From Tubiluchus corallicola (taxonomy: Eukaryota; Animalia; Priapulida): a stretch of 64,000 nucleotides of DNA. Made by a program: the position numbers and the translations under genes. The DNA is taken from assembly GCA_030141605.1 (NCBI GenBank), contig JAQGDQ010000043.1:434001-498000 (forward strand). Direction: 5' to 3'. The notes below the pieces were generated by a model. That model had not been told where the DNA came from. It worked only from the letters and a program-made list of their open reading frames with translations, and did not search any database. This document shows, piece by piece, positions 55,888 to 64,000 of the stretch (position 1 is its first letter; each line of letters begins with the position of its first letter).

Positions 55888-57757
55888 CTTTTTAATACGT
55901 TTTGATTTCACTTTTTTGCCTTTCACATGAAGGTTATGATCTGGCAAGTCTGCACTAGATTTTGGATTACCTCTATCGGTCTTTGAAATTTTGTCTTTGA
56001 CGTTTTTCTTCGACACAAGAAAATCTTTGGCGTTCAAAGACAATGGGACATCGCTTTTTGGCTTCTTTGATAGAACAATAACTTCACTGGTAGTAGTTGA
56101 ATTTTTTGCTGTCAGAACAACAGTAGGCATAGGGGATTTAATAACGGAACATTCTGCTGACTTAAAAACAGGAGGTTTAAGTCCCGATTTTCTAGTTTTA
56201 GTCTGCAATTGATCAATTTCATTACTGTGTCCTGCATCATTTTTATCACGTTCAGTAGAGTTAGATACATTAACTACAAAAGTCGCTCGGCGCGAATGGC
56301 GATTAGTTCCTTGCCTAGTATTTTTATATTCCAGGGGAAGATTTCGATTACTATTAGAATCCTTATTGTCAGCTATGGCAAATTTTGCTTTAGTTACAGC
56401 TGATTTGCTAACTTCTCTAACCTTGCTGCTATTTCCCATATTAGCAGAGACAACTTCTTTACTGGTTTTATCAGTTACAACCTCTTCACTGTCATCAGCA
56501 TCTATGTCTCTTACACTCTGATGATGATTAAATTTCTTAAAATAATTCAAGTCATCGTTTGGCACATTTTCACTATCATTTTCAACATTATTCAAGTCAT
56601 GATTTTCAACTTCGTTTTTCGTGGTATTCAGGTCATTAACAGAGAGTTCCTTCGTGTTACTCACCATCTCTGCCACCTCTTCATTGTAGCCCCACTTCTC
56701 CTTTAAATCTTCACGTTGGCAACTTTGACTATCATTTTCAGCATGACCCGAATCATCAACACCCACAATGCTACTTCGACGACTTGACGACAATCTAATA
56801 GAATGGTTTAGAACATCCTCTGCAACTTTGTTTGCATCTTCAAACAATGAAATGTTGGCATCATTGAGAAAGGCTACTTGATCAAATGTAGCAGTGCAAT
56901 CGTCAGACATAGAAGACATGTTAATAAGTATAGATGGATCTTCTTTAGTAATATCCAGAGTTTCTGCAGAACTAGTGGATGACACACTTGCTAGAGCATA
57001 TTTTTGCAATTTTTCAATACTGTTATGGCAAGCTGAGATAGTTTCAGGAACAAAGAAAGAAACACGCCGAGCAGACTGTACTGATTCAGAAGCACAGTCG
57101 ACATCTGCATCATGGTCACTTGCTAGGGGCTCTTTGGGCAACGGCAACTCCTGTGTTTTAGCTAATGCATCATCATGTCGCTTAAGTAAATTTTTGTGAC
57201 TGTTTTGTTTTGTGCTATGTATTTTGCTGGATGGACTGGAAAGGTTAGGACCATCACTCAAATTGTAGATGACTGTCTGTTCATTCAGGTTCCAGTGTGC
57301 TTTGGTAGAATACTGTTCAGTTGATGTAACAAAGACATGATTAGGATGAGCAGTATAATCTCCACTAAACCTAGAAGTATCTTCATTATTTGACCGATCA
57401 TTGCCATCAAAAGTTTCATTGCAAATATTGCGTTCATCATTGACCAGATCTTTATTACAATTGTTAGTACCTAGGCTTCCGGCCTTGTCACTGTTATTAA
57501 TGATATTTGGCGGCTCATTTCTATTGGCTTCTATATCATCATCAACAGCATTTATAAAAACCTTGTTAGCAACATTATCTTTTGCGATAGTGCTGTCAAT
57601 ACTGCTTGGTAAACTACTGCAATTAGCTCGACCATTCTTTGCATGCTTACGAAAATTCTTTGAAAGTGTATGCTTTGGTTTGATCACATTAGTTGGAGGA
57701 GAAAAGCGAACAAAACCACTATGAAATGGTCTATCTTCTACAGCTCTTGCAGTTGTT
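55888..57757 (-). CDS. SGO1: Shugoshin large central exon (1870 nt, low-complexity/disordered)
   Basis: 606-aa ORF bounded by ttttag|A ACA and AAG|gtgagt; N/S/D/K-rich; splices in phase to the SGO-motif exons. Confidence 0.85.
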
Positions 57758-58064
57758 CTAAAATTGAAAAATCAAGTTTAGATTAAGTTTTGACACATTG
57801 TAAAAATCACCTCAAATTCTCATCTAAAATTAACGCATACATGAGCATTTTTGAAATGCTAATTAGTAGACTTTGTGCTTTTGACAACACTTTTCTGACA
57901 CCCAGCTAACTGGACAACTTAATGTCTTTGAAAATAATACGTGACTGCTAATAACTCTATTCGAAAAGCAAGAAATATTAACAATCTTAATGCTTAATTT
58001 CTTAGAACAGATAAGAATACTGCACAATACAATACATATTGCTTTAAAAACCTTTGAAGCATAC

Positions 58065-58116
58065 TTGCTGCTTTCCTTTTCTTGTAGCTGATCATCTACT
58101 TCGTGAGTTACATCTG
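58065..58116 (-). CDS. SGO1: Shugoshin exon
   Basis: tttttag|CA GAT...AGC AA|gtatgc, phase 1-2: DVTHEVDDQLQEKESS(K). Confidence 0.65.
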
Positions 58117-58644
58117 CTAAAAATCAAAAATATATATTATGTATTATTAGATAAGCAGTTGTAATAATAACTATTAAAATAGTGACCTAGAGCAGAATGC
58201 ACCAAAATGAAACTAGCTGTGATGCTAATAATCAAGTTTGCATTTGTTTATAAGCAGACTTTGAGTTAAATGTTCACAATTTACAATAATGGTTTGTAGT
58301 TTTGGCTCTGCTAATTAGCATCAAGGCATGTCAATGCTGCCAAGTAGCAGCTTTAAGCAATGTCCATGTGCAGCACTCAATGCATACACCACTACAATAC
58401 TGATTAATATATGACTCAACATGCATGACACTTACTTGACTCTGTTTAGCCTTTACCTGCTGGTTTTCACTTCATGTACTTGACTCATTGACATTGTACC
58501 ATGCTTCTAGACACTGATTAGTATGACCCTAATGTAGCTAATGTAAGCGAACTCAGTTTTGCAGGGATTTAATATAATATAAACATAATAACACAGGGAC
58601 TAAGTTTTGCAAGACCAATTTATTTTAGTTTACATTATACAAAC

Positions 58645-58788
58645 CTATAATTGTTTGTGATTGCTGTTGTGAAAGTGATGTTTGAGGAGGCGTTCGGCAT
58701 GTCAGGGTGGAATGCTTGAACACATGTGGTTCTTCACTATTCCCTGATGGTAAATTTTCATTTTCACTGTCGTACAGTTCATCTTCAT
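58645..58788 (-). CDS. SGO1: Shugoshin exon
   Basis: ttttaaag|AT GAA...ATA G|gtttgt, 144 nt, phase 1-1: EDELYDSENENLPSG...RTPPQTSLSQQQSQTII. Confidence 0.65.
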
Positions 58789-59394
58789 CTTTAAAATAAT
58801 ATAAATACTGTATTTTTATAAGTGCTTATCTACAGAATCACAGATAGTGCAGATCAAACACAACCCACATGCAGACGAAATGGTGAAGATTTTTACAAAA
58901 TCTGTATTTTTTGGTTCTAATACTTTGATGTATAATCTATACAACTGTTACCATTTCTTTATCAATGATGCAATTGTTTATCACAAACATTCTGTGAATG
59001 ACTGAAACATTTAAAAACGAGTCCGCGAGAGCACCATGCAGAGGGTGGCACATGAGGTTGTAAGGCTCATAACTCGTCCACTGCGGGGCTACAGAACTTC
59101 TGGTTTTCATGTATGTGTTAACCATCATCCTCACTAATAATATTAAAAAATTCGCTGGAGCCTGTTTCAGTATTTAGTACTGGCACTTTAAAATTTCACA
59201 AAAATCAGCAAAATTCGCCTTTTTTGTAGTTTTTCAATATTTTTTCTATCTATATGCTGGATTATAAGTGATAAATCTGTATTGTAAATTTCATGAAAAA
59301 GCACGAGCCGAGATAATATTATGAATGACATTATATAGAGGGGCACTGTTAGAAAAAACTGCCATATCAACACACTTTTTTACTTTCCATAGTA

Positions 59395-59849
59395 CCGTAT
59401 TTTCCCGTGTATAAGAGACCCTTGTGTATAAGAGACCCCTTCAATTTTTAGGCAAAAATTCTGGAAAAAAGTTTTTTCAGACGGACATTTTTAGAGGGTA
59501 GAGTACAACTTTTTTCAACTCAGTGCGGTACTGAAAACAAAATAAAACCAGTTAATGTGTTGTAGAAAAAGAGTACTGTTATATATTAAAGTGCGTACCT
59601 GCAAACCTGTAACAGGAAAAGAGAAAACGAGGAGATAATGCCTGTGTCACGATGCTTGTATTGCTTACAACCGCTTCATAGTCGAACGCGACACGCAAAA
59701 CAGTTGTAGAGCACTTATTTCTTTAAAATCATTAGTGTCACAATTTATGCATCTTATTGAAAAGACTTACTCCCATGTATAAGAGACCCCCTATTTTTAA
59801 AGTGAAAATTCTAAGCAAAAAAGGGTCTCTTATACACGGGAAAATACGG
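59395..59849. mobile_element. pogo/Tc1-mariner-type MITE
   Basis: Perfect 29-bp TIRs CCGTATTTTCCCGTGTATAAGAGACCCTT, TA TSD, internal repeats of TGTATAAGAGACCC. Confidence 0.92.
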
Positions 59850-60562
59850 TAATTCCGTCCATGTGTAAAAAGTAGACATACTTGGCTCAGGTCGTATATG
59901 ACAGTAGGCATTTAGCCACGTTTAACCTGCATTTTCTGTGACTAGTGCTCTCATTTCCTAGTAGCAATAGATTCCTTTCCCATGGAAATTGAAGGATTTC
60001 ATCTTAAATTGGTGTAGTTATGTCGGAATTTTCATATGACTACAAATATGAATAATTGCCTCTTCTGATGGATTTCAGGACAGGATATCATGCATGCCCC
60101 TAGTACCGAGTCCGACCCTGATTCAAGGCATTCTCTACACACTGAATCGCTAATGGATACCAGGAAAGACTAATCTATTGCATTAGAAAAGTACCGATTG
60201 TTAAGATTGAGAGTCATTGCTAGCGAAAGAATCTGACAACATTTGGTATATACATATAAAATAGAAATCCGTTCATTTTTTATACTTTTTATATGAATAA
60301 GCTTCATGGCTATACATTATGAATATTAGTACAAAAATGAAAAACTACAAAACTCTCTGAGTCCAAAATACTGTTCCTATTATAGCAGCATAATCCTATC
60401 ACTGAAGAGTAGTACAAGTAATCAAAACCATAATATCTAAATAATAGAGAAAGAATTATCAATGCAGGTAGATTATCCCTAGAAGATAGATACAGAAATA
60501 TAGACCAATATATCATGGGGAAAGTGATAAAGCGAAAATCTTACAGTCTAAACATGAGACAA

Positions 60563-60825
60563 TATAAGCGTATGGGCCGCTTCTAGGGGGATGGCGGTGA
60601 TATTTAGCTCAGAAAATTTTTCTTCGCCCAAAATTTATTTGTGGCACAAAATCGATACTTCTGACAAAAAATACTAATAGTGTGATTGAATGATTGCGCC
60701 AATGGCACAAAAATTTTCGATGTTTTACAGTCAAAAAATCACCGGACAAATGATATTTTGGGGGATGTCTGTCCCATATTTTTTGGGCATTCGCTCAGAT
60801 TTGTGTCCTGGCTTGTATGCCTATG
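60563..60825. mobile_element. hAT-type MITE
   Basis: Ends TATAAGCGTATGGGCC / GGCTTGTATGCCTATG; 8-bp TSD tgagacaa / taagacaa (7/8). Confidence 0.65.
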
Positions 60826-62108
60826 TAAGACAATGAGTAATAACTAGGTAATAACCTGTACATAACATTTACAAAGCATAGGAAATAAACAGTACACAAA
60901 ACATTTTCCAGTCCTTGCAAGAAGCAATTTCCATTCCGTAGATATTTCATTTTTTTGAAGATGGAAACGCTCTAAATGCGGTCCAGTGTCTTTAGTACAG
61001 GCTAATAGATTCACAATATTCATTTCGTGCAGATAACTAGTTACAATACCGCATTTAACGCTGGTAAACAGCCCAAAAAACGAACATTTTAGTTCAGCAG
61101 TGGCCGCCATCTTGAATGCTCTCGGTAGTTTAACCAATGTGCTGGCCAGGCCTCCAGTTGCCAAAGATGAATATTTATATCGTTTTGAAGTATTTTGACA
61201 AGATTTGACAACTCATGTTTACCTACACAAAGCTTTTTGATGAACGTTGTTACCTATATTTTCACCCTGATATATGCCTTTTTTCAAGGATCATTTACAA
61301 TAGGGTGGTAATTCGCTCCATCGAAATTGTCACTGCAGCATAGTGGGATGGGATGCTCCATTCTCATACATATCGATATTTTTGTCCCCGCCCCTGCAGT
61401 GGGTGAGATATAAGACTTTGAAATGACCGAGTATTTGCACCTTGTGCATAATGCAAGCTTAAAGACCCCCAGTAGAGCCGAAAGAGCGGGGTTTGGGACA
61501 AAAGTCGAAAAGTGATTTTGGAGAAGATAACAAGATCCAATACAGTGCTGAGTTAGGTCTATTCAAACTTAGTGGTTGCTGCATGGCTAATCCTTCAAAT
61601 ATGAGTAAAAAATAGAGAAAAATAGGTATTTTTTCATGAAAATCGGCCTATGCCGTACCTCTGCTACTATGAGGAGTTGGGCCAAGCGGATTCACATAGT
61701 GAATACTAGTGACTAGTGAACCCCATACCCGAACTTTGGTCTGAATCGGTTTACCTAACCTTGTGCCGAAATTTTTCGATTTTGCATGGTATTCTCGCAG
61801 ACGCGTTCTTAAAATGTTACTTTATTTTTTTTAGAATTTCATCATGTTATAGCTTGATAAAGCAAAAAGATGAAACATCACATATTAATTGAGATCAAAT
61901 ATTGAATTATTTTATACAAGATGAAGTTTATGACTTGGTTTTAAAACAACAATATCATCAGGGATTGCTAAATTATCATGTTAGTGCAATTCTGAAAAAT
62001 ATAGGACTTTTAGTAAATAGAAGAAGACAGTGTAAAGTGACAGCTTACCAACACCTGCTACACCTATTGATTCTGCAGCAACTGTGGGCACTTTGTCATC
62101 ATTCTTAC

Positions 62109-62157
62109 TCACGGGTCGGTCATTAAGTTCCGCCAACTCATATAAATTTGTCCTTCC
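62109..62157 (-). CDS. SGO1: Shugoshin exon (tentative)
   Basis: tgtag|GGA...GTG A|gtaaga, phase 0-1, bridging the neighbouring exons: GRTNLYELAELNDRPV. Confidence 0.35.
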
Positions 62158-62279
62158 CTACATTCACAACAACAGTTTTAAATTTATACTAAATTTGCTG
62201 CACAAGGTTCTAGGCACACATATAATGAACTTTAAGTAATCAACTGTACAAATGTGAAAATATTTATAAAGATGTGTAC

Positions 62280-62422
62280 TTTAGGCCTTGGAAGATTGCC
62301 CTTGGGTAGAGCATCGATAGTGACCGCTGGCATCCTCCAAGTCTCAGTATGACTACCATCCATACTTTGTGGCTCATTGCCTGATAATGATAATTGCTGA
62401 AAAGATTTGAAACTTCTACCAA
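62280..62422 (-). CDS. SGO1: Shugoshin exon (tentative; gene continues upstream)
   Basis: Strong acceptor ctaatgttttttgacag|, open frame GRSFKSFQQLSLSG...NLPRPK; donor gtacac is weak. Confidence 0.45.
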
Positions 62423-62970
62423 CTGTCAAAAAACATTAGTTAAAAGAAAAATCTATGAACCATTAAACTAACAGAAAACATGGTACAAGACAAGTGGATT
62501 CCATGCCATTTACACTGTAATTTAAAGCAACATCTAACGTACAAGTTTACTTCCTTTCAGTAATATAAACAAAAATTGTTTCGCGTATTCAGCAAAGTGG
62601 AAACATAACGGGACTGCTTGAAAAAGGATATTAAACACAACTAGACTTAACTGAATAATAAGCATAAACAAGTAACATAACCTTGTATATAACCACATAA
62701 ATAATAAAACTAACAAACTAGCATTGAAGGAAGGAACATGAATGAACCACCACTGCTTAAATAATGGTACCACTTGAACACACCCAACACTAACCACATT
62801 TTATTGATCCTACTACCTAAACATCTACTATCTACCACAAGGAGAGAAACCACAAGGGTTTTTAAAATAACATTTATTACTACGAAAAGCTGCAAATAAA
62901 CAAGTAATTTTGATTTATTTACGATCATTTACAACTGTAATCATAATATTGACTTGTGCAGAGTTGCACA

Positions 62971-62980
62971 AGTTACCGTA

Positions 62981-63027
<47 letters not shown>

Positions 63028-63035
63028 AAATACGG

Positions 63036-63072
<37 letters not shown>

Positions 63073-63130
63073 GGCAAATATATATATATATACAAAAATT
63101 GTTTCAATCATATATATATATATGTATATA
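62971..63130. repeat. (TA)n tracts with a flanking inverted duplication
   Basis: agttaccgtattttaa-(TA)n-ttaaaatacggtaact followed by further (TA)n. Confidence 0.9.
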
Positions 63131-64000
63131 TTCAATCGTATTAATATTTTTACACTGACTTAGACTTTTCCTTTTGTGATTCAGTAGGAAGTACTTATAC
63201 ATACACAACAGTTTGTGATTCAAAGTATGCTTATACTTTGCTTACAACAATGCTTATAACAGATGCAAAAATAAGATTGGTAATGGGTATGCTGAGCTGT
63301 AATGGCCTTCTATTTCAGAAAGCCCCAACAGCAAGCAACCAATTAGTTCACATGTTGTAATATCACTCAATGATGATAACACTTCATTCGTACTATTCAT
63401 CACTGACCTTTAAATTTACACTCAAGATCACCAATTATCCTGGTAAATATATTTGTTCATACATCTCTAACATATACTAAAAGTTAAAGTACCAACTTTT
63501 TAAAGTTCTTTAGTTGGTAACTTAATTAATTTTAAAAACTAGCCTCCAGCATTGATAACAATCAACAGTATTGGTATGTGTACATGCTGGGAAATGCACT
63601 GAAATGCACTGAAATGCTAGCTTATAGGTAGTTGTATTACTTTTTCCAATGATGGCTCACAACTAGTTTGTAGGAAAAAGCACTGAAAGATGATTAGAAC
63701 AAAATTTACCTCTTCTGGGTGGGTAAATAACAAATTCCTTGCTTCTTCACCACCAATTCTATTACTGCTTCCAGGTGCCATTCTAAACATAACAATAGAA
63801 TAATGCTTTACAAGTTACATGTGCTGCATTAACAATGTTAAACGCTGGCAAAACACAAACTAACCCATTTTTCGTCTCACACAAATTTCGTGAGACATGC
63901 TGTACACAAATTCCCACTAAAACAATTGTATTTTTTCTTTACACAAACACAGCCACCCTATTTTGCTATTTTGCATTGGCTTTGGCTCTTGCGTGATTTT

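Larger units (their letters stand above)
59015..61808 (-). mobile_element. TTAA-flanked DNA transposon derivative (Sola3-like by inference) in a shugoshin intron
   Basis: TTAA on both sides; imperfect 26-bp TIRs AAACGAGTCCGCGAGAGCACCATGCA vs GAACGCGTCTGCGAGAATACCATGCA (21/26); coding remnants CSFF...C...HL...EWKLLLARTG (60844-61164) and LVSISDSVCREC (about 60130-60165). Confidence 0.65.

Noticed and set aside
58436-58528. Extra shugoshin exon
   Set aside because: The only open frame ends in phase 2, which is incompatible with the next exon.
63710-63782. Upstream shugoshin exon (MAPGSSNRIGGEEAR...)
   Set aside because: Plausible splice signals, but the phase does not join 62422 directly and there is no homology; it cannot be supported within the window.

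Overview
AT-rich, intron-rich animal (bilaterian invertebrate, probably spiralian; inference) genomic DNA, not prokaryotic. Four spliced protein-coding genes could be assembled by hand using GT-AG boundaries and intron phases. (1) A complete Runx transcription factor on the minus strand (5 coding exons, 17635->2760, about 548 aa, Runt domain plus terminal VWRPY). (2) A two-transmembrane protein of about 200 aa with three L/PPxY motifs on the plus strand (36446-38279). (3) A secreted 11-cysteine cystine-knot protein of bursicon-alpha/Norrin type on the minus strand (5 exons, 49253->38809, about 275 aa), with an unusual N-terminal pro-region and a furin-cleavable C-terminal extension. (4) The 3' part of a shugoshin gene on the minus strand (62422->52263; its 5' end is probably beyond the window). 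The rest is decayed LINEs, a DD41D Tc1/mariner deletion derivative, hAT, pogo-type and TTAA-flanked DNA elements (several nested), SINE-like heads, three minisatellites and many microsatellites. Most long low-complexity ORFs in the track are microsatellite artefacts. The most interesting candidates are the extended bursicon-like prohormone and its tail-to-tail PY-motif neighbour, Runx sites in the Runx 5' UTR, an RVxF motif in shugoshin, and repeated inverted micro-duplications around (TA)n tracts. All calls are by eye; no database search was run.
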